From the IMG/VR virus record IMGVR_UViG_2847680403_000002, positions 2,885-66,884 of that record: 64,000 nucleotides of DNA. One strand, given 5' to 3'. Below are positions 1-8,159 of the stretch, in pieces. This DNA is from a virus (taxonomy: Duplodnaviria; Caudoviricetes). A program made the translations under genes and the position numbers. Under the pieces are notes generated by a model. It had not been told where the DNA came from. It made no database searches and saw only the letters and a list, made by a program, of their open reading frames with translations. Numbering within the stretch: the first letter of the stretch is position 1; every line of letters begins with the position of its first letter.

Positions 1-767
1 AGGATGGTCTCTCGCAGGCCGTCCGGCTTCGCCTCCACCGCCCCGTCTTGTGTGGGGACGGGGTTGGCGTAGAGTGGAACGCAGTCAGCGTGGAGAGTTC
101 TTGCCGCGTCGCGGGCATGCTGTTCCCGTTCTGCCGGGTAGAACCACACTGTTTTGTCATCGATGCCGCTGCGAGGCGCGTTCGACAGTCCTCGCGCTAC
201 CATGGCATTATGGACCATGAAGGCCACAGGCGCCGCGTCCGCCACCGGTTCCGGCTCACTGGCGGGGACGGGTAGTGGCGAATGCTTCGGCTTAGCTGCC
301 TGCTTAGCCCTGATCTTCTCGACTTTCGTCCAGATGCGGGCGAGTTCGGTTTCGCCGGCTTCGTGCATGTCGAGTTCATGGGCGAGGCAGTAGGCGGCGA
401 GCGTAACCATGACGCCACCCACCTCTTGCGACGGCTCGCCCTTGTCGCGAGACCACACGTAATCGCGCAGCGACAGCACGCGGGCAGGGTCATAGCCGCC
501 CGATTGCAGAAGCTCAAAAACCTCCTCAAGGAAGCGGTCGCCGCGCTCTACCCGGTCGTTGCTGATCTCCTCGCCGAAGCAAGCCGTCATCCACGGCTGA
601 ACACGCGCCTGGAATGAGGGAGCCGGCTCACTGGCGGAAGCCGTGAGGGCTGAGAGATAGGCGCGGATGGCAGGCTCCAGACTGTCAAGCGGCCAAGCCG
701 CATCACGAGCCTTGCGAGCCGCTTCTAGCGCTATTGAGTCAAGCGCCTTCACTGCTGTCCCTGTCAT
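1..767 (-). CDS. Partial phage protein running off the window, with a central MazG-like all-alpha NTP-pyrophosphatase-type domain
   Basis: Not in ORF track. ATG at 767 overlaps the upstream stop (ATGA) and the frame is open to position 1: MTGTAVKALD...ERGDRFLEEVFELLQS...EPSQEVGGVMVTLAAYC... Confidence 0.6.
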   Translation of the reverse strand, partial: MTGTAVKALDSIALEAARKARDAAWPLDSLEPAIRAYLSALTASASEPAPSFQARVQPWMTACFGEEISNDRVERGDRFLEEVFELLQSGGYDPARVLSLRDYVWSRDKGEPSQEVGGVMVTLAAYCLAHELDMHEAGETELARIWTKVEKIRAKQAAKPKHSPLPVPASEPEPVADAAPVAFMVHNAMVARGLSNAPRSGIDDKTVWFYPAEREQHARDAARTLHADCVPLYANPVPTQDGAVEAKPDGLRETI

Positions 768-949
768 TGTGCGGACCTTCCTTCGGCTTTGGCGGCCGCT
801 TCGCGAAGGAATTGAGCGGCAGCGGCCTCGCTCTTGTGAAAGGCGATGACGCCCGCCATCAAGCCGATGACAGCGGACGCCTCTCCAAGCGGATCAGCCG
901 ACTTGCTCACCCGGCGCAAGAGTTCGATGTTTTCTTCGGAGACGGCCAT
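764..949 (-). CDS. Hypothetical phage protein
   Basis: 61 aa, tightly packed in leftward operon. Confidence 0.6.
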   Translation of the reverse strand: MAVSEENIELLRRVSKSADPLGEASAVIGLMAGVIAFHKSEAAAAQFLREAAAKAEGRSAQ

Positions 950-952
950 GGC

Positions 953-1321
953 TCAAACCTCCACCACAACGATCTTGCTCGGGTCGACCATGGCCGAGAG
1001 CGTGTTTAGCGGACCCTCGCGCCTACCTTGGGTGCCTTCCTCGACGGAAATGGTGTCGCCGTAGGCGGCTACTGCCTTCGCTGCGGCGGCTACGAAATCG
1101 GCGTTGGCTTCGACCGGAGTGGGCATGTTGGGAAACTGCCGATAGCCTTCCTGGGAGAAGGCGTCATTAGTCGGGCCATGCGCAAGCTCATGCGTCCAGA
1201 TCGGCGCGCCGAAGAGATGTGAGGCGATCTCCTGCATGGCGCTGTAGTTGATGCCGTCGCAGAGACCGATGCCGGTGATGCAAGAAGCGACGTGCAGGGT
1301 AGGAAATGTCTTTGCGGTCAT
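953..1321 (-). CDS. Hypothetical phage protein
   Basis: 122 aa, ATGA-coupled to the HNH gene. Confidence 0.7.
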   Translation of the reverse strand: MTAKTFPTLHVASCITGIGLCDGINYSAMQEIASHLFGAPIWTHELAHGPTNDAFSQEGYRQFPNMPTPVEANADFVAAAAKAVAAYGDTISVEEGTQGRREGPLNTLSAMVDPSKIVVVEV

Positions 1322-1734
1322 GAGCGTGCGAGCCTCATCAGTGGCGGTAACGGCAACGGATCCAAGGCAGATTTGTCGATCCGCGGTTGTTTAGGAGATT
1401 TGGCGAAGCCGGGGCCTTGCATCTTCTTCTTCGGGCTGCCCAAGCTGAACCGCTTGTCGATGACGGCATGAACCTTTGCTCTGACCTTGGCCTCGGCTTT
1501 GGTCTTTGGCTTGTGTGCCTCTTCCTCACGCAGCGCCTGCAGATTGCTTTCCCGGTTCTCACCGCCAAGCCAGAGCGGCACCTTGTGATCGAAGCGCGGC
1601 TTGTTCTTGTCGTCGAAGGGCAGGCCAGTCAGGGCGCAGCGATAGTCCTGGCGATCGAGGATGCGCCGCTGACACGCCTTTGAAGGGCGGGTGTCATCTG
1701 TGCGACCGATCCATTCCTCTACGGAGCGCGCCAT
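1318..1734 (-). CDS. HNH endonuclease-like protein
   Basis: RQDYRCALTG...FDHKVPLWLGGENRESNLQAL...H motif. Confidence 0.8.
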   Translation of the reverse strand: MARSVEEWIGRTDDTRPSKACQRRILDRQDYRCALTGLPFDDKNKPRFDHKVPLWLGGENRESNLQALREEEAHKPKTKAEAKVRAKVHAVIDKRFSLGSPKKKMQGPGFAKSPKQPRIDKSALDPLPLPPLMRLARS

Positions 1735-2534
1735 CAGTCCAAGAACCTCGTGCTCGGCGCCACCTGCTCATTGCTGGTGATGGTGACTGCCTCGCCAGCC
1801 CTAGGAACGATGGTGATCGCGATTTCGCCAGCTACGGGCTGAAACAGCATTGAGCGGCCGTGTAGCTTCTCACCGTCCCACTCCCAAGCCGCGCTTCCGA
1901 AGACATACCGACCGGGCGCGCAAGTGGTTATGTCTGCCTTGCGTCCGACATAGCTCACCGATTTGAGCCGGGCCTTTTGGTCTTCCGGCAGGAGGTCGAA
2001 TACCTCGGGATAGTGGGTTTTGAGATCGGCGATGAACTTTGGGATTTCCTTGTTCTGGTAGTCGTGGATGGGACCGCCGAACAGCGCGTATGGAACAAAC
2101 GTACAGACGCGCTCCAGGAGTTCGGTCGTCATCTCCTCTTCGGGCACCCACTTCGATTTCAGCGGGCTTTTCCCTTCGTCAAAAAGTGCCGGCGTCATAA
2201 ACGAGTAGGGCAGGTAGAAATGCCCATGTGTCTTGAACACCCGATTGTAGGCAGTCAGGGATTTGAGGCGGTCAAGGAAACCTTCGTTCCGCTTCCGCCA
2301 CCCTTCGAGCGTCGAAAAGTAGGACCGCGAGTTTCTGGTTGGACCTTCCGTGCCCGACTTTCGACCGAACTTGCATGGCGAAACGGAGCCGCAATGCAGG
2401 CATGAGTTTTCCTTAGCCAGCAGATCGCAGGTTTCCGGCTTCTCGCAGTACAATTCGAACAGCGCTGTGCGCTTCGACTGGCCCTTGAAAAGGTTGTTCG
2501 CTGGATTGCGGATCCACGCATCGATTTTTTGCAT
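1734..2534 (-). CDS. Hypothetical phage protein (Cys-containing N-terminus)
   Basis: 266 aa, TGATG-coupled on both sides. Confidence 0.7.
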   Translation of the reverse strand: MQKIDAWIRNPANNLFKGQSKRTALFELYCEKPETCDLLAKENSCLHCGSVSPCKFGRKSGTEGPTRNSRSYFSTLEGWRKRNEGFLDRLKSLTAYNRVFKTHGHFYLPYSFMTPALFDEGKSPLKSKWVPEEEMTTELLERVCTFVPYALFGGPIHDYQNKEIPKFIADLKTHYPEVFDLLPEDQKARLKSVSYVGRKADITTCAPGRYVFGSAAWEWDGEKLHGRSMLFQPVAGEIAITIVPRAGEAVTITSNEQVAPSTRFLD

Positions 2535-3835
2535 CAGAGCAAGCCCTCCAGGTATTTGCGAGCCGCCTCGGCTCCGAGCTCGCCCTTCGCGACCTTTTCA
2601 GCAGTCGACAGGCAGGCCTTCACGAAATCCAGATCGTTCGGCAGGTCGGCCTTCCACCAGTCCTTCATTTGCTCGAGGAGGTCGCGGCGGCCGGCGACGT
2701 CCAGATCGGGATCGGTCGCCGTGGTCATGAACGCCTTGATGCAGTCGGCTCGGGTGCGAGTAGGTTCGGAGGAGGATGCTGCCGCCGAACCATTCGACGG
2801 CTTCTCCTGTTCGGACGCAGGTGCATCCTCCTCCTCATCAGCCTCATCGGCTGGTTCAGATAGGTCGGCAGCGACGGTGCTCTCGGGGGACGGGGATTTG
2901 CCGTCGCTGCCGTTGTCGTCGGCGGGGGTGTCCGACGATTGGGAATTGTCTTCGGTTTGGCCGCTGGCAGGCTCGCCGGTGAGCGCAGCGGTCTCGCGGG
3001 TCACATGCGCCGCGTCGAAGCCTTCAACGTCATCAGACGGCCCTGGAGCGGCAAGCTTCGCCACTTGCAACCGCTGTTGCAGGGATGGGCGAGGATCAGG
3101 GGCTTGCGACAGGTCATAAAGGTCGTTGTCGCGCTGGATGAGGTCGTGCATGTCGGCTGAGAGTGGAAGACGCTTGGCGAGCCGTCGGATCGCCGACTTC
3201 TTCGCCATTTCCTCCCACCATGTTGCCCACGGTCCTTTGTCCTTCGACCGCGACACACTCCGAATTTTCTCGATATCGCGAGGCGTCAGGGTTTCGACGT
3301 AGACAGCGCCGTCTTTTGTCTTTGCAAGCGCGAAAACCTGCCGGATCGTCTCGAAATCGGGATGCTCTGCCTGCTCGTAGTTGACGTGTTCACCGTCGTC
3401 ATCGACCCAAGCACGGAAGATGTCGCCGCCATAAACAACCTTGGCGGTGACCATGGCAATTTCGCCTGACTGGTGCATCTTCTTGATGATGCCGCCTATC
3501 ATTGGCATCCACTGGACCGCGTTGCCGTAGACGTCCTTTCCGCGATCGTCCTTTCCGATCTTCGTGTTGAAAACGACGAATGCACCCTCACGCTTGTCAG
3601 GCATAAGGCCGTCCTGGGCGGCGCGCATCGCCGATTCCAGAAGAGATTTGCGATCGGCCTTCAAAAGAGCAGGGTCGCTGAGCACTGCCGTCAGGACAAT
3701 GCGCTGAAACCTCTCGGGCTTGATGTGCTCGGGCAGGGCGGCGACAAACTGATCTGCCATCCGAGTGAGTTCGTCTCGGAACCTTTGCTGTGGCGAGACG
3801 CTCCGGTCAGCTTCTATGGTTGCAACATGGTTCAC
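2534..3835 (-). CDS. recT: RecT-like single-strand annealing recombinase with acidic C-terminal extension
   Basis: LPEHIKPERF...AAQDGLMPDKREG...GPWATWWEEMAKKSAIRRLAKRLP; GTG start at 3835 coupled to the upstream exonuclease. Confidence 0.88.
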   Translation of the reverse strand: MNHVATIEADRSVSPQQRFRDELTRMADQFVAALPEHIKPERFQRIVLTAVLSDPALLKADRKSLLESAMRAAQDGLMPDKREGAFVVFNTKIGKDDRGKDVYGNAVQWMPMIGGIIKKMHQSGEIAMVTAKVVYGGDIFRAWVDDDGEHVNYEQAEHPDFETIRQVFALAKTKDGAVYVETLTPRDIEKIRSVSRSKDKGPWATWWEEMAKKSAIRRLAKRLPLSADMHDLIQRDNDLYDLSQAPDPRPSLQQRLQVAKLAAPGPSDDVEGFDAAHVTRETAALTGEPASGQTEDNSQSSDTPADDNGSDGKSPSPESTVAADLSEPADEADEEEDAPASEQEKPSNGSAAASSSEPTRTRADCIKAFMTTATDPDLDVAGRRDLLEQMKDWWKADLPNDLDFVKACLSTAEKVAKGELGAEAARKYLEGLL

Positions 3836-4839
3836 GCTGCGCTCCTGGCTTCTGGAAGGGTGCTGTCGTTCTCGTGGTGATCGGTCCACCACTTCGGCGC
3901 CGACCACGTGAAGGTGCTGTCGGCGTAGGTCGGCCAATCGTTCTCGGCCAAGCAGCGGGCAAAGATGTCGATCGCCCGACGGTTCAGCCGCATCGCCGTG
4001 TAGATGTCGCCGTTATCCAGCGGCTTGATGTTGAAGGCGTAGGGATAGGTCGTCTCGACAAAGAGCAGGACGGCATCATTGACTTTGGACGAGCCGACGG
4101 CTTCCAGGCTGCTGATCGCCAGCGCCATCTGCTGCAGGTAGCCGTAGTTGATGATCGACCGGCTGATCGCGACCTGTGATGCATCGGAACACGTTTTCAG
4201 GTCAGCAATGATCGTATCGGCCGGGATGCTGTCAGGTCGGGACTTGAGATAGACGCCCGTCTTGTCTTTGGTGATGATCGACCGCTCGATGCGACCGCGC
4301 AGAAGATCGACGGCGACCTGGCTCTTGCTGATCCGGTCGGCCATGCCGTGAATATCGTCGACCTGGGATTTCAGGAGGACGGTCTTGCCTTCGGCTTTGC
4401 GCTTGGCGAGCCATTCCTTGCAGACCGTCGCGTTTCCGCTCCACGGCTTCCATTTGCCTTCATCGTCTTCGTACTTCTCGGGCCGAACGACATAGTCGTC
4501 TCGGAAGCCATCTTCTGACAGAAGCAGAGTATGAACGGCCCGGCCGAAGTCGAGCGCCGGTGTGCTATCGTCTTCCGGGCGATCTGGGTTAAGGTACGAA
4601 CTGCCCCAGTAGTGCAGGGGCGAGCGGTTCTCGATTTCCCGCAACCCACTGGAGGAGATCGACGGCGCGACAGTCAATTGGCTGTGGTAGGCGTCCATCG
4701 CGATCTTCCGGTAGATGCCCGGCTCCGAGATCGGCTTGCCATCCCACAGGCGTTCGCCGCGGAACTTGCCAGCGATGCCGGCCGCCAGGTCGCCGATGCT
4801 CTCGAACTTGTCTTTGTCGATGTCGACGTGAGTGTTCAT
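3832..4839 (-). CDS. RecE/exonuclease VIII-like PD-(D/E)XK nuclease (DUF3799-like)
   Basis: AYHS...ISSSGL...FGRAVHTLLL...KSRPD...IADLKT...YGYLQQMA; adjacent to recT. Confidence 0.85.
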   Translation of the reverse strand: MNTHVDIDKDKFESIGDLAAGIAGKFRGERLWDGKPISEPGIYRKIAMDAYHSQLTVAPSISSSGLREIENRSPLHYWGSSYLNPDRPEDDSTPALDFGRAVHTLLLSEDGFRDDYVVRPEKYEDDEGKWKPWSGNATVCKEWLAKRKAEGKTVLLKSQVDDIHGMADRISKSQVAVDLLRGRIERSIITKDKTGVYLKSRPDSIPADTIIADLKTCSDASQVAISRSIINYGYLQQMALAISSLEAVGSSKVNDAVLLFVETTYPYAFNIKPLDNGDIYTAMRLNRRAIDIFARCLAENDWPTYADSTFTWSAPKWWTDHHENDSTLPEARSAA

Positions 4840-4954
4840 CGTGACCTCACGACGAGATGAAGGGCCCAGAGGCTGACGATCCACCCGGTGCCGATGAACT
4901 GGCGGCCGATCTCGTGCTCGTAGATGCCGTTGGCGATGAGTGCGATGAGCAGGG

Positions 4955-5209
4955 TCATGCGTCACCGCCTTTCGCGCGCTCGCGGAGTAAAGCGTCAGCC
5001 ATGCGATAGGCCTGTTCGGCGCAATGGGCCTTGTAGGTCGATTTCGTGTGCCGATCAGACTGGCAGGCGGTAATGGCTGCCGGAATGATCTGACCGGCGA
5101 ACCAGTCGCGCAAGGTCATGCCCTGCCAGCCGTTGTCGCCGAACCCGGGAATGGAGACTGGGAATGCGGGGCCACCTTCGCTGGTGATTTCGGCCAGGGT
5201 CTTGCTCAT
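4955..5209 (-). CDS. Conserved phage protein (GGPAFP...GMTLRDWFA...AYRMADALL family)
   Basis: Recognisable common phage early-gene motif. Confidence 0.75.
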   Translation of the reverse strand: MSKTLAEITSEGGPAFPVSIPGFGDNGWQGMTLRDWFAGQIIPAAITACQSDRHTKSTYKAHCAEQAYRMADALLRERAKGGDA

Positions 5210-5478
5210 GGAAGGTACCTATCCAGTTGGCACGCGAGATCGATCAGGCCGAGCAGGGCGGCGCAGGTGATGCGGGGGTGGCGAACGAGGTAGTTGCAGC
5301 CCTGGGAAAGCGCTTCGTCAGCGTAGGTCAGGAATTGGGCGACCGGATCGCTCGCGTGGGGCAGCTCAATCCGGCCATTCCCTCCGAACCGATGTAAGTC
5401 GCCCACGGTTCGGGAATGCTGCTTCCGCCACGGTACGCCTGTTGTCCTGGCATAGCGAGGGAATTCGAGGACGCGCAT
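5206..5478 (-). CDS. Hypothetical phage protein
   Basis: 90 aa, coupled on both sides. Confidence 0.55.
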   Translation of the reverse strand: MRVLEFPRYARTTGVPWRKQHSRTVGDLHRFGGNGRIELPHASDPVAQFLTYADEALSQGCNYLVRHPRITCAALLGLIDLACQLDRYLP

Positions 5479-5777
5479 CAGAAGAACCCTCCGCGCTCCG
5501 ACGGCGCCGCGATCGGCTTGATCGGCTTCGCCCAGATGAAATTCTCGATGGACTGAGTACGCTCGACGCCTGGCACCGATGCTCGGAGGTCCGCTTGGCT
5601 TTCACCAAGGCAGGCGTGGACTTCGACGACTTCCCACTTGTTGGTGCGGATGAAATTGTCTTCGTCGGCAGTGCCATCTTCAGGGATGCACCACTTTGCC
5701 CAGTAGTAGCCGACGGACTGCGGAACGGTCGGCTCAGCCTTGGCCATGCGGGGCTCTGTGCGGTTTTCGTAGCGCAT
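5478..5777 (-). CDS. Hypothetical phage protein
   Basis: 99 aa, PQSVGYYWAKW motif, coupled. Confidence 0.65.
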   Translation of the reverse strand: MRYENRTEPRMAKAEPTVPQSVGYYWAKWCIPEDGTADEDNFIRTNKWEVVEVHACLGESQADLRASVPGVERTQSIENFIWAKPIKPIAAPSERGGFF

Positions 5778-5826
5778 CAGTTCGCCTCCGCTTCTTCGTC
5801 AGCGGCGCTTTCAAGGTCGGCCAGTG

Positions 5827-6165
5827 TCACCAGTGGGCTATCGACCGTGCCGGTCCATCGCAGTGCGAGCAGCGAATGTTGGTCTGGGTGGACCAAGGGC
5901 CGGTGTTCCAGTCGTTGCCGTGCTCCCAGACATAGCCGCTGCTCTCGTAGCAATGCGGGCATGGGGCTTGGCCGGGATAGCTATGCTCGGCGCTGGTGCT
6001 AGCTTTCCAAGGGCAAGGAATCTCCTCGCATTGGCTTGGCGATAAGTCGCCGCAATAGGGGAATCCATCCATCGGATGCGGCCCGTGATCCTCACCGGTC
6101 AACTGGCGAAGCTTGTCGCCGTCGACTTCAAGAGCCGCCATCATTTCGCGGTCCCAGGTCATCAC
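5827..6165 (-). CDS. Zn-finger-like hypothetical protein
   Basis: CPHC...CSHCDG pairs; coupled to upstream gene. Confidence 0.55.
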   Translation of the reverse strand: MMTWDREMMAALEVDGDKLRQLTGEDHGPHPMDGFPYCGDLSPSQCEEIPCPWKASTSAEHSYPGQAPCPHCYESSGYVWEHGNDWNTGPWSTQTNIRCSHCDGPARSIAHW

Positions 6166-6368
6166 GCAGCCCTCGCTGTGCGGCGCTCGGCCATGTCAGC
6201 CAATGCTTCGCTCAAAGCTGCGTCGAAAGTGGCACCGCTGCCGTGTGCGCAACGTCCTTCCCAGTGCAGGAAGACCGAGCAATATCTTTGCTTCCTCAGG
6301 CTGATCGACACAGAGACGTAGTCCAGCCGGTGTTCGGCGCAGAGGTCGCGGAGGGTCTGTTCCATCAT
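6162..6368 (-). CDS. Hypothetical phage protein (MMEQTLRDL...)
   Basis: C-terminal part of ORF 6162..6854 from an ATGA-coupled start. Confidence 0.55.
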   Translation of the reverse strand: MMEQTLRDLCAEHRLDYVSVSISLRKQRYCSVFLHWEGRCAHGSGATFDAALSEALADMAERRTARAA

Positions 6369-6559
6369 GCGTCCTTTCCGAGCAGCGCGTCGCACCGGTC
6401 CAAAGCCCGCTGGTAGACAGCGCTGGCGTGATCGATGCTCGTTTGCGTGGGCTTGAGATTGGCGGCGACGTCGTCGCGCCAGATGCTGATCCAGGCGCCG
6501 AGTTCGGTGATGCTTTCGCGGATAGAGCGGACCTGAGCTTGGTGTGCGGAGTGTCCCAT
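6365..6559 (-). CDS. Hypothetical phage protein (MGHSAHQAQ...)
   Basis: TGATG-coupled start within ORF 6365..6640. Confidence 0.55.
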   Translation of the reverse strand: MGHSAHQAQVRSIRESITELGAWISIWRDDVAANLKPTQTSIDHASAVYQRALDRCDALLGKDA

Positions 6560-6882
6560 CAGGAGCGCCCCTCTGCCTTGGCGATCGCCGCACGAACCTC
6601 TCGTCCAAGCTCCGTGATCTCCGTGCGAGGGAAAACCCAACCGTCTTCGCGCAGTGGCTCAAGTTCGCGGATGAGACCAAGGCTAACCATCTCGCGCCGG
6701 ACAGCAGGCCAGGTATGGGTCGTCGACCAAGTTCTTGGGCCGTCTTTCGTGAGACGAAGTTGCTCTGAAAGCAGGGGTATACTGCCCGCGCGGCGATCCC
6801 AGTTTCGAATGCCCTCCATTGCAGAGGCAACTGTGGGCGGGGCAAAGATGCCAACGCGTACAGGCTGATCGGAGGCCATCAC
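6559..6882 (-). CDS. Hypothetical phage protein
   Basis: 107 aa, coupled; EITELGR wing-like motif. Confidence 0.55.
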   Translation of the reverse strand: MMASDQPVRVGIFAPPTVASAMEGIRNWDRRAGSIPLLSEQLRLTKDGPRTWSTTHTWPAVRREMVSLGLIRELEPLREDGWVFPRTEITELGREVRAAIAKAEGRS

Positions 6883-7154
6883 GCCGCCTCCCTTTCGAGA
6901 ACCCGATCGCGCAAAGCATTGCCCTGCGTGTTGAGCTTGGTCTCGGCATCATTCGCGATACGGCCAGCGAGCGAGCGCGAAAGCGGATCGCCGCCGAACA
7001 GGCTGCAGCCGTCGACATAAACCGCGTCGATCGTGATCAGGCCGTCGCGGGCTACAGAAAGCTCAATCTCGCACTCGAAGTCGGCGATCAGGTCGATCTC
7101 ATGGATCTCGTCGCGGATGGTGGTGCAGAAGGGAAGGCGCATCGTCGTCCTCAT
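6879..7154 (-). CDS. Hypothetical protein, likely first gene of the leftward early operon
   Basis: 91 aa, just downstream of the OL-like operators. Confidence 0.6.
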   Translation of the reverse strand: MRTTMRLPFCTTIRDEIHEIDLIADFECEIELSVARDGLITIDAVYVDGCSLFGGDPLSRSLAGRIANDAETKLNTQGNALRDRVLEREAA

Positions 7155-7218
7155 CGTTTCCGGCAGATCGGCGGTCCAAGGAGGGGCGCTTCTTCGTGCT
7201 CGGCTGATGAGTTGATAT

Positions 7219-7252
7219 AAGCACAGCTTTAAAATACATGCAAGCAGTGCTT
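7219..7252. promoter_or_regulatory. OL-like operator pair (AAGC-N3-GCTT)
   Basis: AAGCACAGCTT 7219-7229 and AAGCAGTGCTT 7242-7252; same palindrome occurs three times between cI and cro. Confidence 0.8.
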
Positions 7253-7267
7253 TAAAAAATCATCAGC

Positions 7268-7600
7268 ATGGCTTACAAGGGCTGCATGCTGATCAGGAAC
7301 GACAACGGCGAAGCCGCAGCCGCCTTCTACGACAAGCGGCGGCGCTGGCTGGACTATGTGTGCGAGTTGGACGAGTTGTCGGACCGAGCGTTTCGCGTCG
7401 GCTACTGGTTGGCCAAGCGCATGAATGGCCGTGACCAGTGCTGCTGGTATCAGCACGATCAGATCGCCAAAATTCTGGGAATGTCAGTCGACAAAGTTGC
7501 TCGTGCGATCCAGGAACTGGAGGGCAGGGGCGTGTTGATCGTGGTTAGAACTCACCGCAAGCCGAACAGCTATTCGATCCGACTGCCGTTCGAGTTCTAG
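7268..7600 (+). CDS. Winged HTH protein resembling the N-terminus of phage replication initiators
   Basis: LSDRAFRVGYWLA...CWYQHDQIAKILGMSVDKVARAIQELEGRGVL...NSYSI. Confidence 0.75.
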   Translation: MAYKGCMLIRNDNGEAAAAFYDKRRRWLDYVCELDELSDRAFRVGYWLAKRMNGRDQCCWYQHDQIAKILGMSVDKVARAIQELEGRGVLIVVRTHRKPNSYSIRLPFEF

Positions 7601-7643
7601 GGCCGCAGATTTGCGGGTCAATTGGGCCGCAGAATTGCGGGTC
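7600..7643. repeat. Two iteron-like 20-bp direct repeats, each near-palindromic
   Basis: GGGCCGCAGATTTGCGGGTC 7600-7619 and GGGCCGCAGAATTGCGGGTC 7624-7643, followed by an AT-rich tract. Confidence 0.8.
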
Positions 7644-7730
7644 CAATATATAAAGCTGAATCTCTAAAGGTTAGCTCTGTAGATATCATGCTCTGAGGGG
7701 AGTCTAGATAGCTCTAGCGAGAGAGGGGCA

Positions 7731-7937
7731 ATGAAGGCAGTTGTGTTGGTGCTTCTGGTGATCATTGGGTTCATGGCGAACCAACTCGTCGTGATCGAAA
7801 ATCAGCGTTACGCATTGATGGTCGGGATGTGCAAAAGCGCAACGTTAGCGGTGCCCGATGCAAACTGCCTCTCGCAGGTTCAGACTAGAACTTCCTGGCT
7901 GTGGCACCTGTACTACGGGCTGACATACCGACCCTGA
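7731..7937 (+). CDS. Small membrane/secreted protein
   Basis: Hydrophobic N-terminus, purine-rich RBS, two Cys. Confidence 0.65.
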   Translation: MKAVVLVLLVIIGFMANQLVVIENQRYALMVGMCKSATLAVPDANCLSQVQTRTSWLWHLYYGLTYRP

Positions 7938-7941
7938 AACG

Positions 7942-7972
7942 AAAACCCCGGCCGGAGCCGGGGTCTTGCTTT
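7942..7972. terminator. Probable bidirectional intrinsic terminator
   Basis: AAAA-CCCCGGC-cgga-GCCGGGG-tcttgcttt between convergent genes. Confidence 0.7.
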
Positions 7973-8159
7973 ATTCGTTCACTTCTCGAAGCTTTCTCAA
8001 TTCAGCTTCGAACGTTCGCTTAAACGCTCTTGAGGCTAACCCCACTGTTTTCCTGGTCGCTTGTTCCAGTACGCGCTTCTGTTGAACTAACGAGTCACTT
8101 CGCTGCGATTTCGTGCGATTGCCGGTTACCGCTTCCCGGCGCTCAAGCATTGTTGACAT
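7971..8159 (-). CDS. Small basic helical protein overlapping the 3-prime end of the Ntn-hydrolase gene
   Basis: GGAGGA RBS before ATG 8159; 62 aa MSTMLERRE... Confidence 0.55.
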   Translation of the reverse strand: MSTMLERREAVTGNRTKSQRSDSLVQQKRVLEQATRKTVGLASRAFKRTFEAELRKLREVNE

